A DNA stretch of 64,000 nucleotides from an uncultured Gemmatimonadales bacterium (GCA_963851265.1 CAWKNZ010000002.1:1600001-1664000); one strand, 5' to 3'. Positions 12,083 to 24,189 are shown, numbered from the stretch's first letter. Notes: generated by a model from the letters alone, not told the origin. A program made the numbers and translations.

Positions 12083-13381
12083 TTACGCCGCGCCGGCGAG
12101 CACGCCGGCGGGCACGGGGTAGAGCGGGAACCGCGCGGCGAGCGCGCGCACCTCGGCGCGCACGGCGTCCGTCACGCCCGTATCGTCGGGCGCGTGGAGC
12201 ACGCGGTCGATCAGCGCCGCGATCTCCTCCATCTCGGACGTGCCCATGCCGCGCGTCGTCACGGCCGGCGTGCCCACCCGGATGCCACTCGTGACGAACG
12301 GCGACTGCGTTTCGCGCGGCACTGTGTTCTTGTTCACCGTGATGCCGGCGCGGTCGAGCGCCTGCTCCGCGGCCTTGCCGGTGAGGCCGCGCGCGCGCAG
12401 GTCGAGCAGCATCAGGTGGTTGTCGGTGCCGCCCGACACGGCGGGCAGGCCGCGCTCCGCGAACGCGGCCGCGAGTGCCTGCGCGTTCGCGACGGTCTGG
12501 CGCGAGTACTCGCGGAACTCGGGGCGCAGCGCCTCGCGGAACGCGACCGCCTTGGCCGCGATCACGTGCTCGAGCGGACCGCCCTGCGTGCCCGGGAACA
12601 TCGCCTTGTCGACCGCCTTCGCGTGCTGCGCCTTGCAGAGAATGAGGCCGCCGCGGGGGCCGCGCAGCGTCTTGTGCGTCGTCGTCGTCACCACGTCCGC
12701 GTGCGGCACGGGCGACGGGTAGACCCCCGCCGCGGCGAGTCCGGCAAAGTGGGCCATGTCGACCATGAACACCGCGCCCACCTCGTCGGCGGCGTCGCGG
12801 AACTGCTGCCAATCGATCACGCGCGAGTACGCGCTGTAGCCCGCGATGATCAACTTCGGCCGGTGCTCGCGCGCCATTTCCCGCATGCGCGCGTAGTCGA
12901 GCAGGCCGTCGTCGGTCACCCCGTACGAGGTGGCCCGGTACAGCAGCCCCGAGAAGTTGACCGGCGACCCGTGCGTGAGGTGCCCGCCGTTCGAGAGGTC
13001 CATCCCGAGGAACGTCTCGCCCGGCTTCAGGAAGGCGAGGAACACCGCGGCGTTGGCCGACGCCCCGGAATGCGGCTGCACGTTGGCGTGGTCGGCCGCG
13101 AACAGCTGCTTGGCGCGGTCGATCGCGAGCTGTTCGACCCGATCGACGACCTCGCAGCCGCCGTAGTACCGCTTCCCGGGCAGCCCCTCAGCGTACTTGT
13201 TGGTCAGCGGGGACCCCATCGCCTCGAGCACCGCCGGCGAGACGAAATTCTCGCTCGCGATGAGCTCGAGGCCGTCGTTCTGGCGCTCGGTCTCTTCCTC
13301 GATCAGGTGCGCGATCTCGGGGTCAGTTTCGGCCAGCGCGGCCCCCGGCGGGCAGCGGTCCCACGCCTTCCATGTCAGCAT
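12083..13381 (-). CDS. glyA: Serine hydroxymethyltransferase
   Basis: [36 protein letters not shown]. Confidence 0.99.
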   Translation of the reverse strand: MLTWKAWDRCPPGAALAETDPEIAHLIEEETERQNDGLELIASENFVSPAVLEAMGSPLTNKYAEGLPGKRYYGGCEVVDRVEQLAIDRAKQLFAADHANVQPHSGASANAAVFLAFLKPGETFLGMDLSNGGHLTHGSPVNFSGLLYRATSYGVTDDGLLDYARMREMAREHRPKLIIAGYSAYSRVIDWQQFRDAADEVGAVFMVDMAHFAGLAAAGVYPSPVPHADVVTTTTHKTLRGPRGGLILCKAQHAKAVDKAMFPGTQGGPLEHVIAAKAVAFREALRPEFREYSRQTVANAQALAAAFAERGLPAVSGGTDNHLMLLDLRARGLTGKAAEQALDRAGITVNKNTVPRETQSPFVTSGIRVGTPAVTTRGMGTSEMEEIAALIDRVLHAPDDTGVTDAVRAEVRALAARFPLYPVPAGVLAGAA

Positions 13382-13433
13382 CGCGAAGCTCCGGTTCTGG
13401 TCGTCCTCGGGGGCGAGCCGGTGAGGCGCGCCG

Positions 13434-14516
13434 TCAGTTCGACTTGTTGGGCCACTGCGGCCACGTCTTCACCATCGAACCGAGCGAGGCGATGCGGCGT
13501 TCCGCGACGCGGTCGGCGGCGCGGTACGTCGGGATCCCGTCCTGCTCGGCGATCTCGAAGACGTTGGCGATCGTATGATAAATCTCGTCGGCCTTCCGGA
13601 GCGCGCGCTCGCGGCTCCAGCCGGCGAGCTCGCTGTACACGTTGATCACGCCGCCGGCGTTCGCAACGTAGTCGGGCGCGTACAGGATGTCCCGGGCCTC
13701 GAGGGCGTCGCCGTGGCGGTCCTCGAGCAGCTGGTTGTTGGCCGCCCCGGCGACCACCGCGCAGCGCAGCAGCGGCAGCGTGTGGTCGTTGATCACGGCG
13801 CCGAGCGCGCACGGCGCGAAGATGTCGACGTCCTGGCCGTAGATCTCCTCGGACGACACCGCGCGAGCGCCCGTGTCCGCCACCACGCGGGCAACCCGCT
13901 CGGCGTCGATGTCGCTCACGATGAGCATCGCGCCGGCGCGGTGAAGCGCGCGCGCGAGGTGGTGCCCCACGTTGCCGCAGCCCTGCACGGCGACCGTCTT
14001 CCCCTCGAGCGAGTCCGACCCCCAGCGCCGGTGCGCCGCGGCCTGGATCGCGCGGAAGACGCCGTGCGCGGTGACCGGCGACGGGTCGCCCGACGCGCCG
14101 GCCAGGCCGGCGACGTAGTCGGTCTCCATGTGCACGAAGTCCATGTCGCCGGTGCTCGTGCCCACGTCCTCGGCCGTCACGTAGCGGCCGCCCAGCGAAT
14201 CGACGAAGCGGCCGTGCGCGCGGAACAGCGACTCGCGCTGCGGCGTGCGGTTGTTCCCGATGATGACGCTCTTACCGCCGCCGAGGTTGAGGCCAGCGAC
14301 CGCGTTCTTGTACGTCATGCCGCGCGCGAGGCGGAGCGCGTCGACGATCGCCTCCTCGTCGCTCGCGTAGTTCCAGAAGCGCGTCCCGCCGAGCGCCGGG
14401 CCGAGCGTCGTGTCGTGAATCGCGATGATCCCGCGGTACCCGCTCGCCGTGTCGTGGCAGACGACGAGCTGCTCGTGCCCCATCTCGGCTATAGTATCGA
14501 ACAGCTTCATACTCAT
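13434..14516 (-). CDS. Glu/Leu/Phe/Val dehydrogenase (leucine dehydrogenase-like)
   Basis: [52 protein letters not shown]; start at 14516 or 14510. Confidence 0.95.
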   Translation of the reverse strand: MSMKLFDTIAEMGHEQLVVCHDTASGYRGIIAIHDTTLGPALGGTRFWNYASDEEAIVDALRLARGMTYKNAVAGLNLGGGKSVIIGNNRTPQRESLFRAHGRFVDSLGGRYVTAEDVGTSTGDMDFVHMETDYVAGLAGASGDPSPVTAHGVFRAIQAAAHRRWGSDSLEGKTVAVQGCGNVGHHLARALHRAGAMLIVSDIDAERVARVVADTGARAVSSEEIYGQDVDIFAPCALGAVINDHTLPLLRCAVVAGAANNQLLEDRHGDALEARDILYAPDYVANAGGVINVYSELAGWSRERALRKADEIYHTIANVFEIAEQDGIPTYRAADRVAERRIASLGSMVKTWPQWPNKSN

Positions 14517-14542
14517 CTGGTGTGTCAACTCGTGCGTGCTGG

Positions 14543-15736
14543 TCAGGTATAGAGTTCCCGCGCGATCACCACGCGCTGGATCTCGGAGGTGCCTTCGTAG
14601 ATCTCGGTGACCTTGGCGTCGCGCAGGTAGCGCTCGACCGGGTACTCCTTCACGTAGCCGTAGCCGCCGAAGATCTGCACGGCCTCGTCGGCGACGAACA
14701 TCGCGGTCTCGCTCGCGAGCAGCTTGCACATCGAGCTGTACTGCGTCACCGGCTGCCCGCGGTCCTTGGCCGCGGCCGTCATGTGCAGCAGCGCGCGGCC
14801 CGACGCGATGCGGCTGGCCATGTCGGCGAGCTTGAACTGGATCGCCTGGAAGTTGCGGATCGGCTGGCCGAACTGCTTGCGCTGATCGGCGTAGTCGCGC
14901 GCCGCCGTGAGCGCCGCGCGCGCGATCCCGAGCGCCTGCGCCGCGATGCCGAGTCGCCCGTGGTCGAGCGACTGCATCGCGTAGACGAAGCCCTGCCCCT
15001 CGTCGCCGACGAGGTTTTCCGCCGGCACGCGCAGGTCCTCGAAGACGATCTGCACGGTGGGCGACGCGCGCAGGCCGAGTTTGTTCTCCTTCTTGCCGAC
15101 GTGGAAGCCGGGCAAGTCGGGCGTGACGACGAACGTCGAAATTCCCTTGCTCCCGCGGCGCGCGTCGGGCGTGTCGGTGCGCGCCATCGCGAGCAGCACG
15201 AGGTCGGGGTACGTGCCGTGCGTGATCCACGATTTCGTGCCGTTGAGCACCCAGTGGTCGCCGTCGCGCACCGCCTGCGTGCGGAGGGACGCCGCATCGC
15301 TCCCAGCTTCCGGCTCGGAGAGCGCGAATCCGCCCAGCCGCTCGCCGCGCGCGAGCGGCCCGAGGTAGCGGTCCTTCAACGCGTGGCTCGCGTAGCGCAG
15401 CAGCATCTGCGTGGGGAGCGAGTTGTGCACGCTCATCATCACGGCGGTGCTCGCGTCCGCCGCGGCGATTTCCTCCAGCGCGAGCAGGTAGCTCGACGTG
15501 TCGAGCGCGAGGCCGTCGTACTGCTCCGGCAGCAGCATGCCGAGGAACCCTGCCGCGCCCATGCGCGGCACCAGTGACGGCTCGAAGCGCTGGTCGCGAT
15601 CCCACTCGGCGGCGAACGGCGCGACGTGTTCGGCGGCGAAGTCGCGCGCGAGCTGCTGGATTTCGCGCTGCGTCTCGGTGAGTGGAAGGACGCCGTCGAA
15701 CGAGACGGTCTCGGCCGGGGTCAGGGTCGCGGACAT
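14543..15736 (-). CDS. Acyl-CoA dehydrogenase (short/branched-chain type)
   Basis: [49 protein letters not shown]. Confidence 0.96.
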   Translation of the reverse strand: MSATLTPAETVSFDGVLPLTETQREIQQLARDFAAEHVAPFAAEWDRDQRFEPSLVPRMGAAGFLGMLLPEQYDGLALDTSSYLLALEEIAAADASTAVMMSVHNSLPTQMLLRYASHALKDRYLGPLARGERLGGFALSEPEAGSDAASLRTQAVRDGDHWVLNGTKSWITHGTYPDLVLLAMARTDTPDARRGSKGISTFVVTPDLPGFHVGKKENKLGLRASPTVQIVFEDLRVPAENLVGDEGQGFVYAMQSLDHGRLGIAAQALGIARAALTAARDYADQRKQFGQPIRNFQAIQFKLADMASRIASGRALLHMTAAAKDRGQPVTQYSSMCKLLASETAMFVADEAVQIFGGYGYVKEYPVERYLRDAKVTEIYEGTSEIQRVVIARELYT

Positions 15737-15806
15737 GGTCAGGTGCTCCAGGGTTGCAGCGCGGTAGGCGGCGCGGTAAGCAGCGGTGCGGGCGGCGCGG
15801 GCGCGC

Positions 15807-16667
15807 TCACGCCGCGCGGTAGTCGTAGAAGCCGCGCCCCGACTTGCGCCCGAGCCAGCCGGCGGCGACGTACTTCTTGAGTAGCGGGCACGGGCGGTAC
15901 TTGGGGTCGCCGAGGCCGGCGTGCATCACCTCGAGGATGGAGACGCACGTGTCGAGGCCGATGAAGTCGGCGAGGGTGAGCGGCCCCATCGGATGGTTCA
16001 TCCCGAGCTTCATCACCGTGTCGATCGCCTCGGGGGTGCCCACGCCTTCCATCACGCAATAGACCGCCTCGTTGATCATCGGCAGCAGGATGCGGTTCGC
16101 GACGAAACCGGGGTAGTCGCTGACCTCCACGGGCGTCTTCCCGACGGCGCGCGCGAGGTCGAGGACGCGCGTGGTGGTCGCGTCGCTCGTCGCGAGCCCG
16201 CGGATCACCTCGACGAGCTGCATCACGGGCACGGGATTCATGAAGTGCATCCCGATGACGAGTTCGGGGCGCTTGGTGCGGGCCGCGATCTCGGTGATCG
16301 AGATCGAACTCGTGTTGCTGGCGAGGATGGTCGCGGGCCGGGCGAGCCGGTCGAGGTCCTCGAAAATCTTGAACTTGAGGGCGACGTTCTCCGTGGCCGC
16401 CTCGACGACGAGCGCCGCGTCGGCCACGGCGGCGAGGTCGGTGTGCGTCGCCACGCGGCCGAGCGTCGCGTCGCGCGCCGCGGCGTCGAGCGTGCCCTTC
16501 TTGACCTGACGTTCGAGGTTCTTCGCAATCGTGTCGCGGCCGCGCTCGAGGGCGGCCGCGTTCACGTCGAGCATCGCGACCTGGAACCCGCTCTGCGCGA
16601 ACGCGTGGGCGATCCCGTTGCCCATCTGCCCGGCGCCCACGACGGCGACGGCGCGTACTTCGGTCAT
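15807..16667 (-). CDS. hbd: 3-hydroxybutyryl-CoA dehydrogenase
   Basis: [47 protein letters not shown] at 16667. Confidence 0.95.
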   Translation of the reverse strand: MTEVRAVAVVGAGQMGNGIAHAFAQSGFQVAMLDVNAAALERGRDTIAKNLERQVKKGTLDAAARDATLGRVATHTDLAAVADAALVVEAATENVALKFKIFEDLDRLARPATILASNTSSISITEIAARTKRPELVIGMHFMNPVPVMQLVEVIRGLATSDATTTRVLDLARAVGKTPVEVSDYPGFVANRILLPMINEAVYCVMEGVGTPEAIDTVMKLGMNHPMGPLTLADFIGLDTCVSILEVMHAGLGDPKYRPCPLLKKYVAAGWLGRKSGRGFYDYRAA

Positions 16668-17587
16668 GTCTGCAATGTCCCGCGGCCGCGGCCGCTGATG
16701 AGGGTAGTACGGGCGTCGCGCGGGGCGCGCCACCACAGCAGGGCGAGACCGCCGAACATCCCCGCGACCGCGGCCGCGCCGCCCTCCGGCCCCCACGCGC
16801 CGCCGGTGAGCCAATCCGGGCCGGCGTCGACGACGCGGTAGCCGGGGGTGGCGAACGGCAGTCCGCTCACCGCGGCGTGAAAGCCCGCCGCGAGCGTCCA
16901 GTTCCACGCGAGGTGGGCGGCGAACGCCGCCCACAAACTGCCCGTGACGTAGCGGATCGCGCCCAGGAAAATCCCGGCCAGCGCGACCACCGCGGCCGAC
17001 CCGAGCGTCGCGTGCGGATTCTGGAGGTGGAGCGCGCCGAAGACGAGGCTGGTCAGGACGACCGCGGCGGGCGCGCCGAGCGCTTCGCGGAGCGCGAGCA
17101 GCGGGTACCCGCGGACGAGCAGCTCCTCGAAGAGCGCGGCCGGCGCGAGCGCGACGGCGAGCGAGCCCGCGACCGCCAGCCAGCTTCCTGCGGCGGACGG
17201 CACGGCCCGCAACTCGCGCGTGGCGAGGAGCAGCGCACACGGCACGCCGATGGCCGCGCCACCGAGGAGCGCGCCGAGCGCGAACAGGGCAGGCCGCGCC
17301 TGCGTCGGGCCGAGCCCGACGTCGGCGAACGGCCGGCGCTCGACCGCGCGCAGGACGAGCAGGTGCGCGACGAGGACGGCCGCCAGCTCCAGCCACGACT
17401 CGAGGGACGGACGCACCGTCACCAACCGGGCGATCACGGACGCCACCGGATAGACGAGGCCCTGCGCGATCGCCGCGCCGGCCACGAGCGCGAGCGCGTA
17501 GAGCAGCAAGCGCCACGCGGTGCGCAGCCGGCCGGGCGACGCGTACAGCCAGCGCGCGCCAGCGGGCGCGGCCGGCGGGGGTCGCAT
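16664..17587 (-). CDS. CPBP (CAAX/Abi) family intramembrane protease
   Basis: [23 protein letters not shown] motifs; multiple TM segments. Confidence 0.9.
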   Translation of the reverse strand: MRPPPAAPAGARWLYASPGRLRTAWRLLLYALALVAGAAIAQGLVYPVASVIARLVTVRPSLESWLELAAVLVAHLLVLRAVERRPFADVGLGPTQARPALFALGALLGGAAIGVPCALLLATRELRAVPSAAGSWLAVAGSLAVALAPAALFEELLVRGYPLLALREALGAPAAVVLTSLVFGALHLQNPHATLGSAAVVALAGIFLGAIRYVTGSLWAAFAAHLAWNWTLAAGFHAAVSGLPFATPGYRVVDAGPDWLTGGAWGPEGGAAAVAGMFGGLALLWWRAPRDARTTLISGRGRGTLQT

Positions 17588-17605
17588 CGCGTTAGGCCGC
17601 GCCGG

Positions 17606-18850
17606 TCACGCGGCCCGCTCGACCGAGAGCGCGACCGCGTCGCCGCCGCCCAGGCAGAGCGTGGCGAGGCCCGTCGCGGCACCGCGGTCGCGCATCGCGT
17701 AGAGCAGCGTGGTGAGCACGCGCGCGCCGCTCGCGCCGAGGGGGTGGCCGAGCGCGATCGCGCCGCCGTTGACGTTGACGCGGTCCCACGCCCAGTCGAG
17801 CCCCTGTCCGGTCGCGAGCGCCTGCGACGCGAATGCCTCGTTGGCCTCGATGAGGTCGTAATCGTCGATCGTCGTGCCCGCCTTCCGCATGAGGTTCTGC
17901 ACCGCCTGGATCGGCGCGAAGAACAGGTCCTGCGGCGCGACGGGTCCGGTGGCGTACGCGGTCACGCGGCCGAGCACGTCGAGGCCGTTCGCGCGCGCGT
18001 AGGCCTCGCTCGTCACGACGAGCGCCGCGGCGCCGTCGTTGAGCGTCGACGCGTTGCCGGCCGTGACCGTGAACTCGTCGGCGATCTCTTCGGCCGACGC
18101 CGTACCGGGCGGCGCGAACGCCGGCTTCAGCTTCGCGAGCGACTCCAGCGTCGTGTCGGCTCGCACGCCCTCGTCGGTGTCGATCGTGGTCGGGCCCTTG
18201 CGACCGGGCACCTGCACGGGCGCGATCTCGTCGCGGAACTTGCCGGCCGCGATGGCGGCGGCGGCCTTTTGCTGCGAACCGTGTGCAAAGGCGTCCTGCT
18301 GCGCGCGCGTGATGCCGGCCTTACGCGCCGTGTACTCGGCGTGGCCGCCCATCGCGACGTCGCAGGTGGCGCACCACAGGCCGTCGAGCTGCACCCCGTC
18401 GGCAAGCCGCTGCTCACCGAACTTGGTGCCGCTCCGCATGCCGAAGTTGTAGTACGGGCCGTTGCTCATCGACTCCTGCCCGCCGGCCACGATCACCTGG
18501 GCGTCGCCCGCGCGAATCGCCTGTGCCGCGAGCATCACCGCGCGCAGGCCCGAGCCGCACACCATGTTGACGGTGAGCGCCGATACGCCGGGGGGCACGC
18601 CGGCCTTGAGCGCCGCCTGGCGTGCGGGCGCCTGCCCCGCCCCGCCCTGCACGACATGGCCGAAGATCACCTCCTCGACGTCCGTGCCGGGAACGCCGGA
18701 GCGGCGGAGTGCCTCGCGGATGGCGACGGCCCCGAGGTCGGCGGCCTTGAGGGAGGCAAGTCCGCCGAGGAACTTGCCGATCGGCGTACGCGCGGCGGCG
18801 ACGATCACCGGCTGGCGCGTGAGATCGGATGAACGGTCGAGATCGGGCAT
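17606..18850 (-). CDS. Acetyl-CoA C-acetyltransferase (thiolase)
   Basis: [43 protein letters not shown] at 18850. Confidence 0.96.
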   Translation of the reverse strand: MPDLDRSSDLTRQPVIVAAARTPIGKFLGGLASLKAADLGAVAIREALRRSGVPGTDVEEVIFGHVVQGGAGQAPARQAALKAGVPPGVSALTVNMVCGSGLRAVMLAAQAIRAGDAQVIVAGGQESMSNGPYYNFGMRSGTKFGEQRLADGVQLDGLWCATCDVAMGGHAEYTARKAGITRAQQDAFAHGSQQKAAAAIAAGKFRDEIAPVQVPGRKGPTTIDTDEGVRADTTLESLAKLKPAFAPPGTASAEEIADEFTVTAGNASTLNDGAAALVVTSEAYARANGLDVLGRVTAYATGPVAPQDLFFAPIQAVQNLMRKAGTTIDDYDLIEANEAFASQALATGQGLDWAWDRVNVNGGAIALGHPLGASGARVLTTLLYAMRDRGAATGLATLCLGGGDAVALSVERAA

Positions 18851-19087
18851 CGGAACGGGTCCGAGAAGAGTCGAGACGGACAAACGCAAAGGGCTGCACC
18901 ACGCGCCGGGGCGCGCCAGTGCAGCCGACGAAACGTACCCGTTTGGCTCGAACGATTCAACGCACCCGAACCGGTTCGCATCGGTTCGGTGCGCCGTACG
19001 GATCCGGCGCAACGCGCCCGCTCCGGAGTTGGAGCGGCCGCGTTTCCGCGTTATGTCGACCGTCACATCTCGCGCGACACCGATCCT

Positions 19088-21760
19088 CTACAGCCCGACC
19101 GTGACGCGCCCATACAGGAACCGGCCGTTGAAGCCGAACGGCGAGAACGTCGAGTACGGCAGAATCCCGTAGAACGAGTTTCCGCTGTTCCCGGCCGCGA
19201 CGTTGCCGTTGTTGTTGAACCGATCGGGATAGACGTTGAACACGTTGTCCGACCCGGCCGTGAGCGTCGCGCGCGACATGACGCGGTACGACACGCTCAC
19301 GTCGCTCACCCACTTGGCGCCGAACGTCTGGTCGAGTGACTGGAACCCCGGCGAGTTGGTCGATGTCACCGACCCGAAGCGCTGCGAGCGCAGGACCAGC
19401 CCGATCGGGCCGCGGTCGTACGAGGCCGAGAGCAGGACGTTGCTGCGCGGCTGCGCGTTCTCGAGGCGCGCGCGTTCGACGCGGCCGAACAGCGTCTCGC
19501 TCTGCCCCTGAAGCACTGGCGGCGTCGGGATGACGTCGACGACCCGCGTCTGCGTGCGGCTGTACCCGGCCGTGAACCGCGCGAGGCCGCCCGCGTAGGT
19601 CACGCCGTAGTTGCCCACGGCGTCGATGCCACGGGTGCGCGTGCCGACCGCGTTGGTGAAGAACTGCGCGCCGCTGATGTTGGAGAAGCCGGCGGCCGCG
19701 AGCGTCTGGCGGATGGCCGTCCCGCTGAACGTGTTCGAGAACACGATGCGGTCGCGGATGCGGATCTGGTACGCGTCCACGGTGAACCCGAGGTTGCGCA
19801 GCGGCTCGAACGTCGTGCCCAGTCCGAAGTTGACCGACCGCTCCGGCTTGAGTGGCGTGGCGCCGAGAGCGCGCGCTTCGGGGCTGTTGACCGGGAAGGT
19901 CCGCGTGTCGAAGATCTGGCCGTTGGTCACGACCGTCTGCGTCTGCGAGTAGAAGTTCTGCGCGAGCGAGGGGGCGCGGAACCCGGTCCCCGCCGAGCCG
20001 CGGAGCGCGAACTCGCGCACCACCGCGTACCGGGCGCGCACGAGCCCGTTGGTCGTCGACCCGAAGTCGCTGTAGTGCTCGTACCGGCCGGCCACGCCGA
20101 GCAGGAACTGCCGCGTCAGGTCGCTCTCGAAATCGGCGTACACCGCCTCGCTCGTGCGCGACGCGTTCGTCCGGTCGGTCGGCTGGTACCCGGGGAACAC
20201 CTGCGACCCGATGGCGCCGGGCTTGCCGGCGTTCGGCCCGTCGAGGATCGCGACCCCGCCATTACTGTACGACGCCGAATCGCCGGGCGCGATGCGGTAG
20301 TTCTCGGCGCGGAACTCGGCGCCCGTCGCGATGCGAAGCGGCGAAGCGTTCGGTAGCCGCACCGTGCGCGTGAGGTCGAGGTTGGTCGCCCCCTGCTGGA
20401 ACCGGAGCGTGCCGGCGTCGAAGGTCCGCGGGCTCCCGGCCCCGTACGTGACGTTCGCGCTGTTCGCCACGTTGAAGTTGAACGAGTTGGTGCCGTAGCT
20501 CTGGCTCAGGTCGACGTCGAACCCGCCTAACGTGCCGCGGCCGCCGACGACGGCCGACCCGTCCCAGATCTTGCCGCGGATGATCGGCAGGAACCCGTCG
20601 GGGTAGATCGCGCGCACCGTGCGGTCGTCGAGCGGGCGGCGGAAGAACCCGGGGCTCTCGCCCCACCGGTTCGCGAGCGTGCCGAACGAGTACAGGGTGA
20701 CGCCACCGCCCCCGAGCGCGTACTCGGCGTCGAACGCACCCTGCGCCGAGCGCTGCCGCGGGTCGCCGACCCAGCTGTCCGCTCGGGGAACGGAGGTGGC
20801 GTTACGCGGGTCGCCCGTGAAGTATTGCTGGCGCGGGTCGAGCCCCGCGCGGTTCGTGCGCCCCTGGCTGCGGAACTCGAGGTCGCCGTGGATGAAGCGG
20901 TGCGGGTTGGTGCTCTGGCCGCCGTCGAGCGCCACGTTCGCGAGCCCGCCGTCGCCCGCCGAGTAGCCGCCGCCCTCGGCGGTGAGGGTGCCCGGCTGGT
21001 TCCCCTTGAGCACGATGTTGATGACGCCGGCGATCGCGTCCGACCCGTACTGCGCGGCCGCGCCCTCGCGCAACACCTCGATGTGGTCGATCATCGAGAC
21101 CGGGATCGCGTTGAGGTCGACGCCCGTGGAGCCGCGGCCCACGCTGCCGTTGACGTTGACGAGAGCGCTGGTGTGGCGGCGTTTGCCGTTGACGAGCACC
21201 AGGAGCTGGTCGGGGTTGAGCCCGCGCAGCGTCGCGGGGCGCTCCTGGTCGGTGCCGTCGGTGACGGACGGGCGCGGGAAGTTGAAGCTCGGCGCGAGCG
21301 CCTGAATGACCTGCGCCGTTTCGGTGCGTCCGGTGGCGCGGATGTCGGCCTGCGTGAGGACGTCGACGGGAACCGGCGATTCGATAACGGAGCGCGGCTG
21401 CGCGCGCGAGCCGACCACGGCCACCGCTTCGAGCGCCGACGCCGAACGCGCGAGGCGGAACGCGCGCGTCACGGTCTCGCCCGCGCGGACGACGACGGTG
21501 TCGCGGGCGACCGCGTAGCCGATGAGGCGGGCGCGGAGTTCGTACGTGCCCGGACGCAGTGCGACGCGGAACGTGCCGTCCGCGCGCGTGATCGCCCCCG
21601 ACGTCGTCCCGGTGACCGCGATCGTCGCGCCGGCGAGGGGCTCGTTCCCGTCGCGGCTCGTCACGCGCCCCGTGACGATGCCCGTCGTGACCTGCGCGGC
21701 AGCGAGGGCGGGCGCGGCGGCGAGCCCGGCCGCGAACGTCCGCGCGGCGACGCGCGGCAT
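19088..21760 (-). CDS. TonB-dependent outer-membrane receptor with an N-terminal carboxypeptidase-regulatory-like domain
   Basis: Signal peptide from ATG 21760, VTGRVT, VAVVGSR, LRGLNPDQLLVLVNGKRRH, QYGSDAIAGVINIVLK, GTGFRAPSL, PFGFNGRFLY. Confidence 0.93.
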   Translation of the reverse strand: MPRVAARTFAAGLAAAPALAAAQVTTGIVTGRVTSRDGNEPLAGATIAVTGTTSGAITRADGTFRVALRPGTYELRARLIGYAVARDTVVVRAGETVTRAFRLARSASALEAVAVVGSRAQPRSVIESPVPVDVLTQADIRATGRTETAQVIQALAPSFNFPRPSVTDGTDQERPATLRGLNPDQLLVLVNGKRRHTSALVNVNGSVGRGSTGVDLNAIPVSMIDHIEVLREGAAAQYGSDAIAGVINIVLKGNQPGTLTAEGGGYSAGDGGLANVALDGGQSTNPHRFIHGDLEFRSQGRTNRAGLDPRQQYFTGDPRNATSVPRADSWVGDPRQRSAQGAFDAEYALGGGGVTLYSFGTLANRWGESPGFFRRPLDDRTVRAIYPDGFLPIIRGKIWDGSAVVGGRGTLGGFDVDLSQSYGTNSFNFNVANSANVTYGAGSPRTFDAGTLRFQQGATNLDLTRTVRLPNASPLRIATGAEFRAENYRIAPGDSASYSNGGVAILDGPNAGKPGAIGSQVFPGYQPTDRTNASRTSEAVYADFESDLTRQFLLGVAGRYEHYSDFGSTTNGLVRARYAVVREFALRGSAGTGFRAPSLAQNFYSQTQTVVTNGQIFDTRTFPVNSPEARALGATPLKPERSVNFGLGTTFEPLRNLGFTVDAYQIRIRDRIVFSNTFSGTAIRQTLAAAGFSNISGAQFFTNAVGTRTRGIDAVGNYGVTYAGGLARFTAGYSRTQTRVVDVIPTPPVLQGQSETLFGRVERARLENAQPRSNVLLSASYDRGPIGLVLRSQRFGSVTSTNSPGFQSLDQTFGAKWVSDVSVSYRVMSRATLTAGSDNVFNVYPDRFNNNGNVAAGNSGNSFYGILPYSTFSPFGFNGRFLYGRVTVGL

Positions 21761-21963
21761 GTGGATGAAAGACGACAATGTCGAACGCAAGACGACCACC
21801 TGGATCTCGAGAGCCGTGGGCGCGCCGGTTCGCGATCGAGAGCGACACGCGGCCGGCGCACGGACCCGCCCGGCAGCGCGCGCGAGGACGCGCCACCGGG
21901 CCGATCGTTCAGTCCTGAAGCAGACCCGGGGGCCGCGCCGGGCGTCACCGCCCGGCGTCGAAA

Positions 21964-23991
21964 TCAGCTCGCGACCGCGCTGTTGGTCACGCCGCCGTGC
22001 GCCGGCGTGCCGGCGCCGAGCTCGCCGGCTGCGGCGTCGTTGGCGACGTAGTCGTGCGGCAGCGCGCGGGTGCGCACCTCTTCGACGCAGCGTGCGACGA
22101 ACGCGTCGAGGGTCATGGTTTCCTGCTGCTTCTCCTGCCCGCGGCGGCGCACCGTTACGGTGCCCGCGTCCGCCTCGCGGCGTCCGAGCACGGCCATGTA
22201 GTTGACCTTGAGCACGCTCGCGTCGCGGATGAGGACGCGGTAGTTCTCGTCGCTCCCCGCGTCGAAGCCGACGCGGAGGCCGGCGGCGCGCAGCGCGTCG
22301 GCGACCTGCTGCCCGTACGCGTTGAGCTCGGGCGAAATCGGCACCACCCGCACCTGCTCGGGCGCCAGCCAGAGCGGGAACGCCCCGGCGAAGTGCTCGA
22401 TGAGAATCGCGATGAAGCGCTCGAACGAGCCGCTCACCGCGCGGTGGATCACGACCGGGCGGTGCGCGTGGTTGTCGGCCCCCGTGTAGGTGAGGTCGAA
22501 GCGCTCGGGCGCGGCGTAGTCGAGCTGGATCGTGCCTAACTGCCACGCGCGCCCGATCGAGTCGGTCACGTCGAAGTCGATCTTCGGCCCGTAGAACGCG
22601 CCGTCGCCCTCCTTCAACTCGTACGGCCGCCCCGTCGCCTCGAGCGCGCCCCGGAGCGCGCCCTCGGCGCGGTCCCACATCTCGTCGCTGCCGATGCGCT
22701 GCTCGGGGCGCGTCGCGAACTTGAGCGACGCCGTGAGGCCGAACGTCTCGTAGTGGCCGAGGATGAAGTCCATCAGGAACTGGACCTCCGCGTTGATCTG
22801 GTCCTCGGTCAGGAAGACGTGGCAGTCGTCCTGCGCGAACTGCCGCACGCGCGTCAGCCCGGACAGCGCGCCCGAGAGCTCGTTGCGGTGCAGCACGTCG
22901 AACGTGACGTAGCGCAGCGGCAGCTCGCGGTACGAGTGCTTGGCCGAGCCGTAGAGGATGTAGTGCGACGGGCAGTTCATCGGCTTGAGCGCCATGTCGT
23001 GCTCGTCCGTCTCGTTGTCGAGGACGAGGAACATGTTCTCCCGGTACTTGCCCCAGTGGCCCGAACGCTCCCAGAGTTTGCTGTTGTACAGGAGTGGCGT
23101 CTTGATCTCGTGGAAGCGAGCCGCCTGCCGCTCGCGCACGAACTCGACGAGCGTGTTGTACAGCGTCGTGCCGCGCGGCGTCCAGAACGCCGCACCCGGC
23201 GCGATCGGAAAGAACTGGAAGAGGTCGAGCTGGCGACCGACGAGGCGGTGGTCGCGTCGCTTGGCCTCCTCGATGCGGTGCAGGTGCGTGTCGAGCGCGT
23301 CCTTCTTGAAGAACGCGGTCCCGTAGATCCGCTGCAGCGCCTGGTTGCGCGCGTCGCCACGCCAGTACGCGCCGGCGGCGTGCGTCAGCTTCACGTGCCG
23401 CAGCCACCCCGTGTCGGGCACGTGCGGGCCGCGGCACAGGTCGATGAATTCGCCGTCACGGTAGACCGAGATCACCTCGCCGTCGGGCAGGTCGGCGAGC
23501 CGCTCGCGCTTGAGCGGGTCGTCGCGGAAGATCTCGGCCGCCTCCTCGCGCGAGACCTCGCGCCGCTCGAACGGCAGCTTCTCGCTCGCGACCTTCTGGA
23601 ACTCGGCCTCGAACTCGGCCAGGTCTTCGGGTGTGAACGGATCGCCGACGCCGAAGTCGTAATAGAAGCCGTCCTCGATCGCCGGACCGAAACCGATCTG
23701 CGCATCGGGTCGCCGGCGGCGGACCGCGGTGGCGAGCGCGTGCGCGGCCGAATGGCGGAGGACGCCGAGCGCCTCGGGGTCGCGCTCGGTGAGCACGCGG
23801 AGCGCGCCACCGGTGCGGATCGGCGTCGCGAGGTCCTGCACCACGCCGTCGATGCTCACGGCGACGGCGGCGCGGAGCAGGCGTTCGCCGATCGTCGCGA
23901 CCACGTCGCGCGGCAGGGTGCCCGGCGCGATCTCGCGCGTGGCGCCGTCGGGAAGCGTGAGGACCAGCAGCGAATCGAGAGTGTCGGACAT
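21964..23991 (-). CDS. thrS: Threonine--tRNA ligase
   Basis: TGS domain, RHSAAH, DLCRGPH, RDHR, KPMNCP, GLTRVRQF.QDD, IHRAVSGSFERF; ATG at 23991. Confidence 0.98.
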   Translation of the reverse strand: MSDTLDSLLVLTLPDGATREIAPGTLPRDVVATIGERLLRAAVAVSIDGVVQDLATPIRTGGALRVLTERDPEALGVLRHSAAHALATAVRRRRPDAQIGFGPAIEDGFYYDFGVGDPFTPEDLAEFEAEFQKVASEKLPFERREVSREEAAEIFRDDPLKRERLADLPDGEVISVYRDGEFIDLCRGPHVPDTGWLRHVKLTHAAGAYWRGDARNQALQRIYGTAFFKKDALDTHLHRIEEAKRRDHRLVGRQLDLFQFFPIAPGAAFWTPRGTTLYNTLVEFVRERQAARFHEIKTPLLYNSKLWERSGHWGKYRENMFLVLDNETDEHDMALKPMNCPSHYILYGSAKHSYRELPLRYVTFDVLHRNELSGALSGLTRVRQFAQDDCHVFLTEDQINAEVQFLMDFILGHYETFGLTASLKFATRPEQRIGSDEMWDRAEGALRGALEATGRPYELKEGDGAFYGPKIDFDVTDSIGRAWQLGTIQLDYAAPERFDLTYTGADNHAHRPVVIHRAVSGSFERFIAILIEHFAGAFPLWLAPEQVRVVPISPELNAYGQQVADALRAAGLRVGFDAGSDENYRVLIRDASVLKVNYMAVLGRREADAGTVTVRRRGQEKQQETMTLDAFVARCVEEVRTRALPHDYVANDAAAGELGAGTPAHGGVTNSAVAS

Positions 23992-24189
23992 CGTGGGGGC
24001 GGGCGGGTCAACGGGGCCCAGAATCGGCCGGAAGCAGGCCGTAGGTGGCCTTGAACTTGCGCCCGCGGAGACGCTCGCTGGAGGTACTCCTGTGGAGACA
24101 CTCCGAACGCGGTCCTGCGGCGACGCCGGCCCCTGCCGCATCGGCCAAGGTAACCGTTTCTGACGACCCCCCGCCACCACACGCTCCGC

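Noticed and set aside
21761..21963. Riboswitch (cobalamin or TPP) upstream of the TonB receptor
   Set aside because: No recognisable consensus blocks were seen.
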